Positions 31,270 to 40,709 of a stretch of DNA of 64,000 nucleotides are shown here, one piece after another (position 1 is the stretch's first letter; each line of letters opens with the position of its first letter). This DNA is from Halobacteriales archaeon QS_4_69_34. Its GTDB lineage: Archaea > Halobacteriota > Halobacteria > Halobacteriales > Halococcaceae. The stretch spans positions 1-64,000 of the forward strand of contig PXRN01000003.1 in the NCBI GenBank assembly GCA_003021045.1, written 5' to 3'. The notes below the pieces were generated by a model. That model saw only the letters and a list, made by a program, of their open reading frames with translations. It was not told the DNA's origin and did no database searches. The position numbers and the translations under genes were made by a program.

Positions 31270-32520
31270 ATGCGCGACGCCTACCTGGTCGGAGCGGGAC
31301 AGTCGTCCTTCGGCTCGTTTCCCGACGAGACCTACCGTTCGCTGTTCGAGACGGCCTTCGAGCGCGCGCTCGACGGCGCCGACGCGCTCAACCCGGCGCG
31401 CATCGAGGAGGTGCATCTGGGAACGCTCGGCGTCGGCGGCCGCCAGCTCGGCCTCAGCGCGCCCGCAGTCACCGAGCACGTCGGGCTCCACGACGTGCCG
31501 ACGACCCGGGTCGAGAACGCCTGCGCGGCGAGCGCCTACGCCCTCCGGGGCGCGGTCCGTGCGGTGCGGGCCGGCGCGGTCGACGTCGCGCTCGCGGGCG
31601 GTTACGAGGTAATGACTGACACGAGCGCCGACCGGACGAAGTGGTGGCTCGGCGTCAGCGGCGAGACCGAGTGGGAACGTACGGCAGGAACGACGTTCGC
31701 GGGCGTCTACGCCCAGATGGCGCGGGCACACATCGACGAGTACGGCACGACCGTAGAGGACCTCGCGCGCGTCACGGTCAAGAACCACGCCAATGGCGCG
31801 AAAAACCCCAACGCCCACCTCGGATTCGAGTGCTCGGTCGAGGACGCCCGCTCGGCCCCGGCGGTCGCCGACCCTCTCAATCTCTATCACTGCTGTCCCA
31901 CCTCCGACGGTGCGAGCGCGGTGCTGGTCGCCAGCGAGGACGTGGCGCGGGAGCTGCGGGCGGGCGACCCGGAGCGAGCGGGACAGGCGGACGACGCCGC
32001 CCCGCTCGTGCGCGTCGCTGGCGTCGGCGCGGCGAGCGGCCGGGTGGGACTGTTCCAGCGCGACACGTTCACCTCGATCCCGGCGAGCGTCACGGCTGCG
32101 GAGCGGGCCTACGACGCCGCTGGGATCGGTCCCGAGGACGTCGACGTCGCGGAGGTCCACGACTGCTTTGCGATCGCGGAGCTGCTCGCCTACGAGGATC
32201 TGGGCTTCTGTGCGCCCGGCAAGTCGGGGAAACTGCTCCGCGAGGGCGTCACCGATCCCGACGGCGCGCTCCCCGCGAACACCAGCGGCGGGCTGAAATC
32301 GAAGGGCCACCCGATCGGCGCGACCGGCACGGGCCAGATCGCCGAGCTCTCCGCACAGCTGCGCGGCGAGGCCCACGTGCAGGTCAGCTCCCCAGAGATC
32401 GGGCTGGCGCACAACGTCGGCGGCAGCGGCGGCGGGGTCGCCGTGACGATCCTCGAACGGGTCGACGGAGGCGCTCGCGCCGACGGCGGCAGTCGTGGCC
32501 GGGAGGGAGACGAGCGATGA
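31270..32520 (+). CDS. Thiolase (acetyl-CoA C-acetyltransferase, archaeal/SCP-x-like)
   Basis: VENACAASAYAL active-site Cys, C-terminal NVGGSGG; 416 aa; its stop overlaps the next start (ATGA). Confidence 0.85.
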   Translation: MRDAYLVGAGQSSFGSFPDETYRSLFETAFERALDGADALNPARIEEVHLGTLGVGGRQLGLSAPAVTEHVGLHDVPTTRVENACAASAYALRGAVRAVRAGAVDVALAGGYEVMTDTSADRTKWWLGVSGETEWERTAGTTFAGVYAQMARAHIDEYGTTVEDLARVTVKNHANGAKNPNAHLGFECSVEDARSAPAVADPLNLYHCCPTSDGASAVLVASEDVARELRAGDPERAGQADDAAPLVRVAGVGAASGRVGLFQRDTFTSIPASVTAAERAYDAAGIGPEDVDVAEVHDCFAIAELLAYEDLGFCAPGKSGKLLREGVTDPDGALPANTSGGLKSKGHPIGATGTGQIAELSAQLRGEAHVQVSSPEIGLAHNVGGSGGGVAVTILERVDGGARADGGSRGREGDER

Positions 32521-33983
32521 GGGGGATCGACGCGGCCGCCGCGTACCTCCCGCGCTTTCGCCTGTCGACAGACGAGCTCGCCGACGCGTGGGAGTCGGTC
32601 GGCGCGAGCGGCATCGAGAACAGAACTGTGCCGGCGGTCGACGAGGACGCGCTCACGATGGCCGCCGCGGCGGCCGAACGCGCGCTCGACCGGGCGGCCG
32701 TCGGGCCCCGAGCGATCGAGTCGGTCGCCGTGGCGACCACGACCCCGCCGCTGGAGGAGGGACCGCTGGCCGTGCGCCTCGGGCGGATGGTCGGGCTCTC
32801 CCGTGAAACTGCGCTCGCTGAGCACACCCAAGGGACGCTCGCCGGTGCCGAGGCCCTCGACGGCGCACTCCGGGCGTCGGGGCCGGCGCTCGTCGTCGCC
32901 GCGGACTGTCCCGCGGGCGATCCCGCGAACGCGGATCACCGGACGGGTGCTGGCGCGGCGGCGTTCGTAGTGACCGACGACGCGGCAGTGGACTTCGGCG
33001 ACCGTGCGTGGTACGCCGACGAGCATCCGGGCGTTCGTTACCGCGAGCGCGGCTCCACGCTGATAGACTCGCTCGGCACGACGAGCTACGAGCGAGAGGC
33101 GATGCGGGAGTGTCTCGCCGGAGCTATCGCGGGACTCGACGCGCTCGACGCTGCGGAGGACAACGTTCACGCCGCCGCGATCCACCAGCCCGACGCGAGC
33201 GTCCCCGGTCGGGTTGGGAGTGACCTGCCGTTCGATACGGCAGCCGTGGGACGGGGGATCGTCGTCGACCGGATCGGCGACGCCGGGGCGGCCGGCGTTC
33301 CGCTCGGACTGTGTCGTGCGCTGTCGAGCGCCGGCCCGGACGACCGGGTGGTCGGGGCCTTCTTCGGCGGCGGCGCGGTCGCGTTCGTCTTCGAAGGCGG
33401 GCTCGGCAGCGGGGCCGGGTTCGACGATGCGCTCGCGGAGGACCTCGACCGGGAGGGCATCCAGGTGACGTACACGCGATACCTCCGCGAACGCGGAATC
33501 GTTGCCGGGAACGAGGTCGCTGGCGGCGGCGCCCACGTGAGCGTCCCGAACTGGCGGCGGACGCTCGACCAGCGCTACCGGCTTCTGGCCGGGCGGTGTC
33601 CCGACTGCGGCGCGCTCGCCTTTCCGCCGGAGGGAGCCTGCCCGGGCTGTCACGCCCGCGTCGAGTACGAGCGCGTCGCGCTCTCCCGAACGGGAACCGT
33701 CGCCACCCTGACGACCATCGAGCAGGGCGGCGCACCGCCGGAGTTCGCCGACCAGCAGGCCCGGGATGGTCCCTACGGGGCGGCGATCGTCGAACTCGAA
33801 GCCGAGGACGGCGAGGCCGACGGCGACTCCATCGACGGCGGAACGGTCACCCTGCCCGCTCAGCTCACCGACTGCGATCCCGGGGACGTGGAGACGGACG
33901 AGGAGGTCCGGGCCGCGATCCGCCGTGTCTACACACAGGAAGGGGTCCCGCGCTACGGGGTGAAGTTCACGCCGGTCGGGTGA
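32517..33983 (+). CDS. HMG-CoA synthase-like condensing enzyme fused to a C-terminal DUF35 (Zn-ribbon/OB-fold) domain
   Basis: N-terminal MRGIDAAAAYLPRFRLSTDELADAW...(HMGCS-like); C-terminal ...CPDCGALAFPPEGACPGCHA... Zn ribbon plus OB fold (DUF35); 488 aa. Confidence 0.7.
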   Translation: MRGIDAAAAYLPRFRLSTDELADAWESVGASGIENRTVPAVDEDALTMAAAAAERALDRAAVGPRAIESVAVATTTPPLEEGPLAVRLGRMVGLSRETALAEHTQGTLAGAEALDGALRASGPALVVAADCPAGDPANADHRTGAGAAAFVVTDDAAVDFGDRAWYADEHPGVRYRERGSTLIDSLGTTSYEREAMRECLAGAIAGLDALDAAEDNVHAAAIHQPDASVPGRVGSDLPFDTAAVGRGIVVDRIGDAGAAGVPLGLCRALSSAGPDDRVVGAFFGGGAVAFVFEGGLGSGAGFDDALAEDLDREGIQVTYTRYLRERGIVAGNEVAGGGAHVSVPNWRRTLDQRYRLLAGRCPDCGALAFPPEGACPGCHARVEYERVALSRTGTVATLTTIEQGGAPPEFADQQARDGPYGAAIVELEAEDGEADGDSIDGGTVTLPAQLTDCDPGDVETDEEVRAAIRRVYTQEGVPRYGVKFTPVG

Positions 33984-34077
33984 TCTCCCCTCCCTTCGTG
34001 TGTCGCGTGTCGCCCCGGGGTTGCGACGGCTCGCTCGCCGGCGGTAGCTATTTGTCACCATCGCACGGACGGCCGGC

Positions 34078-34548
34078 ATGGCGTACAGCTACGAGCCACA
34101 CTACTTCGAGGACATGGAGGTCGGCAAGACCTTCGAGAGCGCCGGGCGCACCGTCACGGAGACGGACTTCGTGATGCACTCGATGTTCACGGGCGACTGG
34201 ACCGAGCTCCACACCAACACGGAGTACGCCGAGGACGGCCCCTTCGGCGCGCGCATCGCGCAGGGACCGATGACGTTCATCCTCTCGACGGGACTGTTCC
34301 AGCGGACGGGCGTCGTCGAGCGCACGGTCGTCGCCTTCCTCGGAATGAACTACATGGATCTGCCCAATGCTTTGGGAGTAGGGGAGACTATCAGTTGCGA
34401 GTTCGAGTGTACGGAAAAGCGCGAACTCGAAAGTCAGGACGATGCCGGACTGGTAATCATCGACACGACCATGACTAATCAAGACGGCGAAACCAAATTC
34501 GAGGGTGATATGAAATTCCTCTTCAGGAGGCGATCCAGCGATTCCTGA
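34078..34548 (+). CDS. MaoC-like (R)-hydratase, hot-dog fold
   Basis: 156 aa. The last ~70 codons (from about 34340) are of distinctly lower GC, and a homologous 3' fragment lies at 35384-35500 (see findings). Confidence 0.75.
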   Translation: MAYSYEPHYFEDMEVGKTFESAGRTVTETDFVMHSMFTGDWTELHTNTEYAEDGPFGARIAQGPMTFILSTGLFQRTGVVERTVVAFLGMNYMDLPNALGVGETISCEFECTEKRELESQDDAGLVIIDTTMTNQDGETKFEGDMKFLFRRRSSDS

Positions 34549-34863
34549 TCGTCCGGGGGTGCGAGTCCGAGCGTTTACTCTCGGATGACCGTGAGCATCG
34601 TCCGGCGACCGTCCTGGCGACGGACGAAACGGGGCCAAGAGATAGCAACCGACCATCGTGTCACAGAGCCACAACCGCGTGATAATGGATCGTCGTCGAT
34701 GGACTCGTTACGTTCGTCTTCCCTCTTCCATCCGCTCACCTCGTGGGGCCATTGATAGCAACTCACGTAGCCTTCTCGCTTCCCCCGCCGTTTCTCGCAG
34801 AACCGAGCACAGGTCCCCATCAAACGCGGGATATATCCGCACGGAGGACGATCTCTCGCTACC

Positions 34864-35382
34864 ATGGGTCGTTCCGGGAAGTCCCTGTTCGTGGCCTCCC
34901 TACTGGGGTTACTCGTCTCCGGTGCGCTCCTGATCGTTGTGCTCGGCTACTTCGCAGTGGTGATCTATTCGGCTCTCCGGACGGGGACGCCGATCGTGGG
35001 GGTCCTCCTCGACCTCGCGTTCCCCTACTTGGCGATCGTGGGGGTCCTCGTCGTCGTGACCACAGTCACCGCTGTCGGTTCGGTACTGGGACTCCTCCGG
35101 CGTGCGTCGATCCCCCGGAGCGCTCGTCTCCAGTCGGTTCTCGAACGGGCCGAGCGACGGCATCCGATCGTAGAAGCGTTCGGGCTATCCGGTTTGGTCG
35201 CACCACCGGAGCCCTCCGCCGAGGAGCGTGCCGAGGAGGCGCTGGCCGCCCTGAAGCGTCGGTACGTCGCGGGCGAGATCGACGAGGAGACCTTCGAGCG
35301 CAAACTGGATCGGCTCGTGAGCAACGACTCGCTCGACGACGCCCGCGCGGCTCACGAACCCGAAGCCACGTTAGAACACTGA
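34864..35382 (+). CDS. Membrane protein with C-terminal SHOCT domain
   Basis: Three TM segments, then ...EEALAALKRRYVAGEIDEETFERKLDRL (SHOCT motif); 172 aa; lies inside the apparent insertion. Confidence 0.6.
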   Translation: MGRSGKSLFVASLLGLLVSGALLIVVLGYFAVVIYSALRTGTPIVGVLLDLAFPYLAIVGVLVVVTTVTAVGSVLGLLRRASIPRSARLQSVLERAERRHPIVEAFGLSGLVAPPEPSAEERAEEALAALKRRYVAGEIDEETFERKLDRLVSNDSLDDARAAHEPEATLEH

Positions 35383-35383
35383 C

Positions 35384-35500
35384 AATATCGAGCTCGAAAG
35401 CCGCGAGGACGCCGAGCTCGTCGGTGCTCACATGTCCGATCAGGACGGTGACGAGGTGTTCGCTGGCGACATGAAATCCCTGTTCGAACGGCGGGAGTAA
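35384..35500 (+). pseudogene. Orphan 3' fragment of maoC (original C-terminus, 38 codons)
   Basis: NIELESREDAELVGAHMSDQDGDEVFAGDMKSLFERRE* aligns with the MaoC C-terminus ...ELESQDDAGLVIIDTTMTNQDGETKFEGDMKFLFRRR. Confidence 0.6.
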
Positions 35501-35576
35501 GCGGTCGCCGAACGGAGCCGTCGACAGCCCCGACCCGGCGGCGCACGCTTTTCACGGCCGGAGTGTTCCATGGGGT

Positions 35577-36452
35577 ATGGCGCTCGACGTTCTCGACGGC
35601 GACGAACCGCGCGCGATCGACACCCACGCCCACCAGCCCACGAGCGAGTTCCTGGAGGACGCCGGCGGCGAGATGATGGCCGACGCGGCACGGACGTTCG
35701 GCACCGAGCTCGAAACGTGGGGCTACGAGGAGATGATCGAGGAGTACCACGAGGCCGGCATCGGCCGCGCCGTACTGCTGGGCTGGGACGCAGAGACCAA
35801 CACGGGCAACCCGCCGGTGACGAACGAGTACGTCGCCGAGGTGCGCGACGAGCACCCGGATTTCTTCGTCGGTTTCGGGAGCGTCGATCCCCTGAAGGAC
35901 GAGTGCGTCGCGGACGCCGAACGCGCGATCGAGGACCTCGACCTCTCAGGGTTCAAGTTCCAGCAGATAGCACAAGGGTTCGACCCGAGCGCGCCCGAGC
36001 ACGAGCCCCTCTGGAGCGTGATCGAGGACCTCGGCGTCCCCGTCGTCTTCCACGGTGGAAACTCCACCCTCGGCGCGGGGAGTCCCGGCGGGCGCGGCCT
36101 GCGCGTGAAACACGGCGATCCCCTGCTGGTGGACGACGTGGCCGCGCGCCACCCCGACCTCCGGATTCTGCTCGCCCATCCGGCCTTTCCGTGGGAGAAA
36201 GAGCAGCTGGCGATCTGTCAGCAGAAGGGCAACGTCCACATGGATCTGTCGGGCTGGCTCCCGAAGTACATCGACGAGCAGGTGCTCCGGTACGCGGGCA
36301 CCGTCTTACAGGACAAAGCGATGTTCGGCACCGATTACCCGATGCTCCGGCCCGCGCGGTGGCTCGACTCCTTCGAGAACCACACCGACTATTCCGAGGA
36401 AGTACAACGAAAGCTGCTCTGGGAGAACGCCGAGGAGTTCTTGGGCCTCTAA
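35577..36452 (+). CDS. Amidohydrolase-2 family metal-dependent hydrolase (TIM barrel)
   Basis: IDTHAHQP N-terminal His pair, ...VVFHGG..., HPAFPW; 291 aa. Confidence 0.7.
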   Translation: MALDVLDGDEPRAIDTHAHQPTSEFLEDAGGEMMADAARTFGTELETWGYEEMIEEYHEAGIGRAVLLGWDAETNTGNPPVTNEYVAEVRDEHPDFFVGFGSVDPLKDECVADAERAIEDLDLSGFKFQQIAQGFDPSAPEHEPLWSVIEDLGVPVVFHGGNSTLGAGSPGGRGLRVKHGDPLLVDDVAARHPDLRILLAHPAFPWEKEQLAICQQKGNVHMDLSGWLPKYIDEQVLRYAGTVLQDKAMFGTDYPMLRPARWLDSFENHTDYSEEVQRKLLWENAEEFLGL

Positions 36453-36534
36453 CCTTCCCCCTCCCCTTGACCGGGAAACGTCGGTCGCACAGCCGCTCCG
36501 GCGGACGAACCCGAAGTGGGCGGAGCGGGTTACG

Positions 36535-36720
36535 GTCTGCGCGCGCGAGCGCCACGGGTGGGCGCTCGCGGTCGCTGTGGGTGGTAGTCGAGAGCCCGAG
36601 CGGAGCGGATCGGCTGGGGAGGGTCGGCTGGGGGTGCGGTTGCGGATGGGGTTTCTCGTGTGCATCGTACTCGCGGCCCTCGCTGCGATGTGTGATCGCT
36701 TCCTCCCTGCTTCAAGCCGC
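36535..36720 (+). repeat. Copy of the ~160-200 bp interspersed intergenic repeat (GGTGGTAGTCGAGAGCCCGAGCGGAGCGGATCGGCTGGGGAGG ... GGTTTCTCGTG)
   Basis: Aligns with 12085-12260 (same orientation) and with inverted copies at 3481-3640 and 5400-5560; related partial copy at 22085-22200. Confidence 0.55.
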
Positions 36721-36758
36721 TCCCATAGCTTTAATCGCTCCGCGCAGGATCGCCGAGT

Positions 36759-37142
36759 ATGGACATCGAGGCGTTCTTCGAGGGGATGCCCTTTGCCGAC
36801 CTGCTCGGCGTCGAGGTCACCGAGGTCAGCGACGGCCACGCCGAGGGGTACCTCCCGATGCGCGAGGAGCTCTCGTGGAACGAGGATCGATTGATGGCCC
36901 ATGGCGGCGTCACGTTCACCCTCGCCGACACCGTGGGCGGCGCGGCGCTCGTCTCGCTCGTCGAGCAACCCGTGCCGACGATCGACATGCGCATCGACTA
37001 CCTCGAAGCGGGCACCGGCGACCTCCACGCCACGGCCGACGTGCTCCGCTTGGGGAACGAGGTCGGGACGGTCGAGGTGGAAGTCACCGACGCGGACGGG
37101 ACCGCGCTCGCCGACGTCCGGGGCGTCTACAAGACCGGCTAG
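36759..37142 (+). CDS. paaI: PaaI-type hot-dog thioesterase
   Basis: ...MAHGGVTFTLADTVGGAA... 4HBT/PaaI family motif; 127 aa. Confidence 0.75.
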   Translation: MDIEAFFEGMPFADLLGVEVTEVSDGHAEGYLPMREELSWNEDRLMAHGGVTFTLADTVGGAALVSLVEQPVPTIDMRIDYLEAGTGDLHATADVLRLGNEVGTVEVEVTDADGTALADVRGVYKTG

Positions 37143-37245
37143 AACACCGCCGAACGGAAGGTTCGATCGATCCGCGGCGACTCGGGAGACGACACTCGCG
37201 CCGAGGGATGGGGCAACTCGGCGTGGGGCGGGGGAGCGAACGCGG

Positions 37246-37917
37246 CTAGTAGTACCCGCCGTCATCGCCGTCGCCACCCCCGCCGTCACCGGCAGTCGTC
37301 CCGCTATCGTCGGTGGTCCCGCCGCCTTCGCAGGGCAGGGACGCATCGAGGGAGGCGTCGCCGACCAGCACGACCCCGCACATCTGGCTCTCGCCGTGGA
37401 CGGTGCAGTAGTACTCGAACACCCCGCTGCTCTCGAACGTGTGGGAGACGCTCTCGCCGGCCGGCACCCGCTCGTCGAACTCCCACGACGCGGCAGCGTC
37501 GTGGAACTGGCTACTCGTCACGGTGTGGGCGAAACCGTCCTCGTTCGGCCACTCGACCGTGGTTCCCGGATCGACCGACGCTCGCACGGGATCGAACGCC
37601 GTGTTCTTCATCGTGACCGTCGTGCTCGCCGCTGCGGTCCCGTCGGCGGGATCGGCCGTCGTCCCCGCGCCGCCGTCCACGCCATTCGTGGCTCCGCTCC
37701 CGGTCGTCGCGTCCGTCACGACCTCGTCGGTTCCGGTACCGCCGCCGACCGGCGTCTCCCCGTTGGCGGTGGTGCCGGTCGCCGCTGTCGTGCCAGCGGC
37801 CGTCGTCTTCCCGTCCGCGGCCGTCGTCCCGCCGTCGTCGCCACCGCCGCCGATGCAGCCGGCGACGAGCGGCGTCGTAACGACGACCGTGCCGGTCAGG
37901 AACGTTCGTCGCCTCAT
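37246..37917 (-). CDS. Halocyanin (blue copper protein), Tat lipoprotein
   Basis: MRRRTFLTG twin-Arg signal, AGC lipobox, Thr/Gly-rich linker, cupredoxin ligands H(131)...C(171)TVH...M(179); 223 aa. Confidence 0.8.
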   Translation of the reverse strand: MRRRTFLTGTVVVTTPLVAGCIGGGGDDGGTTAADGKTTAAGTTAATGTTANGETPVGGGTGTDEVVTDATTGSGATNGVDGGAGTTADPADGTAAASTTVTMKNTAFDPVRASVDPGTTVEWPNEDGFAHTVTSSQFHDAAASWEFDERVPAGESVSHTFESSGVFEYYCTVHGESQMCGVVLVGDASLDASLPCEGGGTTDDSGTTAGDGGGGDGDDGGYY

Positions 37918-38122
37918 GGCCGGCATCATGGCTCGGTCGGCAAGTGCCTTGTGGCGATTCCCTCTATCTCGCCACGGGTTTCCGGCCGACCCGTGATCGG
38001 CCGCGTTCGCCGGCGTGGAGAAGAGAGGAGGGACGGCGCGCGAAACCGAGTGCGCGGGTTCAGCCGCCCCGTCGGAGCCGTCGCGGGATCGCGGAGGTAC
38101 CCGATCGCACCGCGCTCGCCGG

Positions 38123-38644
38123 TCAGTCCGCGAGTCGCTTCCGGTACATGACCAGTTCGAACGCCTCGCCGAAAGCCTCGACCTCCAGCGTGCGCTCCCC
38201 GGTGAACCCGTTTCGCTCGTAGAAGCGCCGTGCGGCGACCTGCTGTGGACTCGTATCGAGCACCAGCTCCTGGTAGCCGCGCTCGCGGGCGCGGGACTCC
38301 AGTTCGTCGTAGATCCGCTGGCCGTACCCGCGGCGCTGGTGGTCGGGGTCGACGCGCATCCGCTTGAGCTCCGCAACCGGCCCGACGAGCGAATCGAACG
38401 CCGCCGCGGTGCGCTCGGCGACGGGCCGAAACGCGCCCATCGCGACGACCACCCCCTTCCGGAGCCCGACGAGGAACTCCCCGTCCGCGTCGAGATAGTG
38501 GTCTTCGATGCGATCGAGGTCCGGTTCGGGCACGTCCTCCACGAACGCGAACCCGGGGACGGCCCGCAGCGCCGCCTCGTGGAGTTCCCGTGTCCGCGTC
38601 TCGTCGGCCGGCCGGTAGCGACGGATCGAGAGCTCGGACGCCAC
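38123..38644 (-). CDS. GNAT family N-acetyltransferase
   Basis: ...RVDPDHQRRGYGQRIYDELE... acetyl-CoA binding motif; 173 aa. Confidence 0.75.
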   Translation of the reverse strand: MASELSIRRYRPADETRTRELHEAALRAVPGFAFVEDVPEPDLDRIEDHYLDADGEFLVGLRKGVVVAMGAFRPVAERTAAAFDSLVGPVAELKRMRVDPDHQRRGYGQRIYDELESRARERGYQELVLDTSPQQVAARRFYERNGFTGERTLEVEAFGEAFELVMYRKRLAD

Positions 38645-38713
38645 GGTTCTCGTTCGCTCGCCCGGGTGACTTCGCCGTTTCGGCCGGTCTTCGCCCGCGC
38701 CGTGACCGCCGCT

Positions 38714-39391
38714 TCAGGCGAACAACTCCGAGAACAGCGCACGCTGACCGCGCCGGAGGCGTTCGAGAAACGCGGACTTGCCGATTCCCAGCTGTTCGGC
38801 CACTTCGGCGGCGGTCGCGCCCCGTGGCACGGCGAAGTACTCCATCTCCAGTGCCGTCCGGAGGGCCGCCTCCTGGCGCGGCGTAACGTCCCACCGCTCG
38901 GCGACGGTCGCCTCGTCGTCGGCCCCGAGCGGCGAGGCGCGCTCCAAGGTGACGCCGACCGCCTCGCCCGCCGTGTCGAGCACGCCGCGGAGCACTTCCT
39001 GTCCCACCACAGCTCCGGTGAAGACCGCACTACCCGCGTCGTAGCGCAGCGACTCCGCGATGAAGCCCGCGCTCACGAGCTCGTGGACCACACAGGGGCG
39101 CTTCGAGAGACACCGGCAGTTCCAGCGATCCCCGACCCCCGAGACGTGGAGGTACCTGATCCGTTCGTCGGCGTCGAGGGTTCCGACGAACCTCTCCGAC
39201 CGCGGCGCGGTGAACCCCACCAGGGCGTAGCCGTCGGCTCGTAGCTGCGGTGGCCGCGCGTCCACACGTGTCTCCGTCTCCCGGGTCGCGTCGGCCAGCG
39301 GGCAACCGTCGCCCTCGACGCGGAACTCGACGAGCAGACACTCCTCGATCACAGCGACCGTCGCCGCCGGTGACGTATAAACCCCGCCCAT
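38714..39391 (-). CDS. Bat-type (HTH_10) transcriptional regulator
   Basis: C-terminal DVTPRQEAALRTALEMEYFAVPRGATAAEVAEQLGIGKSAFLERLRRGQ is the bacterio-opsin-activator HTH_10 motif; start uncertain; divergent from paaA. Confidence 0.6.
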   Translation of the reverse strand: MGGVYTSPAATVAVIEECLLVEFRVEGDGCPLADATRETETRVDARPPQLRADGYALVGFTAPRSERFVGTLDADERIRYLHVSGVGDRWNCRCLSKRPCVVHELVSAGFIAESLRYDAGSAVFTGAVVGQEVLRGVLDTAGEAVGVTLERASPLGADDEATVAERWDVTPRQEAALRTALEMEYFAVPRGATAAEVAEQLGIGKSAFLERLRRGQRALFSELFA

Positions 39392-39440
39392 GGACGGGTC
39401 AACCCCTATGTGAGTCGGGATCATACCCGCGGGCAGAGCC

Positions 39441-40385
39441 ATGGACCTCGACACCGTGAAAGAACGGGCCGGTCCGCGGGAGTTCGGCCCGGGCGACGAC
39501 ATGCCCGAGGAGTACCGGAAGGCCGCGACCCGGATGATCCAGTTCCACGCGAACAGCGAGATCATGGGTGCCTACCTCGAAAAGCCGTTCATCCGGCAGT
39601 CGCCGAGCCTCGACCGGAAGCTCGCGTTCTCGGCGAAGACCCAGGACGAGATCGGCCACGGTCAGCTGCTGTATCGGGCCGCGGAGTCCCTCGGCGTGAA
39701 GACCAGAGAGCAGATGCTCGACGAGCTCGCGGCAGGCGAAGGCAAGTTCCTGAACTGCTTTCACTACCCGATGACGGAGTGGCAGGAGACGCCGATGATC
39801 GCCTTCTTCGTCGACGGCGCGGCAATGCGCCGGCAGGCCACGCTCAAGCGCACGAGCTGGGAGCCCTACGCCCACGCGATGGACAAGATCTGCTTCGAGG
39901 AGGGCTTTCACATCAAGCACGGCGAGGACATCATGCGCGAGCTCGCCACCGGATCGAAGCGCGGACAGGAGCTCCTCCAGGAGGCCTTCGAGGAGTGGTG
40001 GCCCCGCATCCTCCAGTTCTTCGGGCCGACCGACGACGACAGCACCCACCACGACTTCTCCGCGGACGTCGGACTCAAACGGATGGGCAACGACGAGCTC
40101 CGGCAGGCCTTCCTCAACGCGTACATCCCCAAAGCCGAGAAATACGGGCTGGAGATCCCCGAAAAGCCCCGGATCGTCGAGGAGGATGGCACCTACGAGG
40201 TGATCGAGGAGGACCTCGACTGGGAGGAATTCTTCACGGTCGCCAAAAACGAGTATCCCTCGGGACGCGAGCAGATCAACGGGCGCAAGGAAGCACAGGA
40301 AGCCGTCGCGTGGGTCCGCAAGAGTCTCGACGACTGGGAGCACGCCGGCACGGCGGGCGCGAGCACCCAGCGGGCGGCCGACTGA
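39441..40385 (+). CDS. paaA: 1,2-phenylacetyl-CoA epoxidase subunit A
   Basis: Ferritin-like di-iron ligands (E..H pairs), family-typical length 314 aa, first gene of paaABCD. Confidence 0.85.
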   Translation: MDLDTVKERAGPREFGPGDDMPEEYRKAATRMIQFHANSEIMGAYLEKPFIRQSPSLDRKLAFSAKTQDEIGHGQLLYRAAESLGVKTREQMLDELAAGEGKFLNCFHYPMTEWQETPMIAFFVDGAAMRRQATLKRTSWEPYAHAMDKICFEEGFHIKHGEDIMRELATGSKRGQELLQEAFEEWWPRILQFFGPTDDDSTHHDFSADVGLKRMGNDELRQAFLNAYIPKAEKYGLEIPEKPRIVEEDGTYEVIEEDLDWEEFFTVAKNEYPSGREQINGRKEAQEAVAWVRKSLDDWEHAGTAGASTQRAAD

Positions 40386-40388
40386 ACC

Positions 40389-40709
40389 ATGATCTGGGAG
40401 GTGTTCAGACAGGAGCAGGCGGGGGAGTATCACACCCACTGCGGGAACGTCCACGCGCCCGACCGGGAGATGGCGCTCACGTTCGCCCAGATCCAGCACG
40501 GTCGGCGCAAGCCCACCCACAGCCTGTGGGTCGTCCCCCAGCCAGAAGTCAGCGAGGTCGACGACGAGGCGGCGACGTTCGGGGGCACCACCGACAAGTC
40601 CTACCGGTGGGTGATGCCGTACAACCGCGTCGATCCCGAGTTCGCCGAGGAGATCGCCGAGAGCGAGGCCGAACAGCGCGACGCCGACGAGCAACGGAGC
40701 GAGGGCTGA
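40389..40709 (+). CDS. paaB: 1,2-phenylacetyl-CoA epoxidase subunit B
   Basis: MIWEVFRQE...YHTH.. 106 aa PaaB signature. Confidence 0.85.
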   Translation: MIWEVFRQEQAGEYHTHCGNVHAPDREMALTFAQIQHGRRKPTHSLWVVPQPEVSEVDDEAATFGGTTDKSYRWVMPYNRVDPEFAEEIAESEAEQRDADEQRSEG

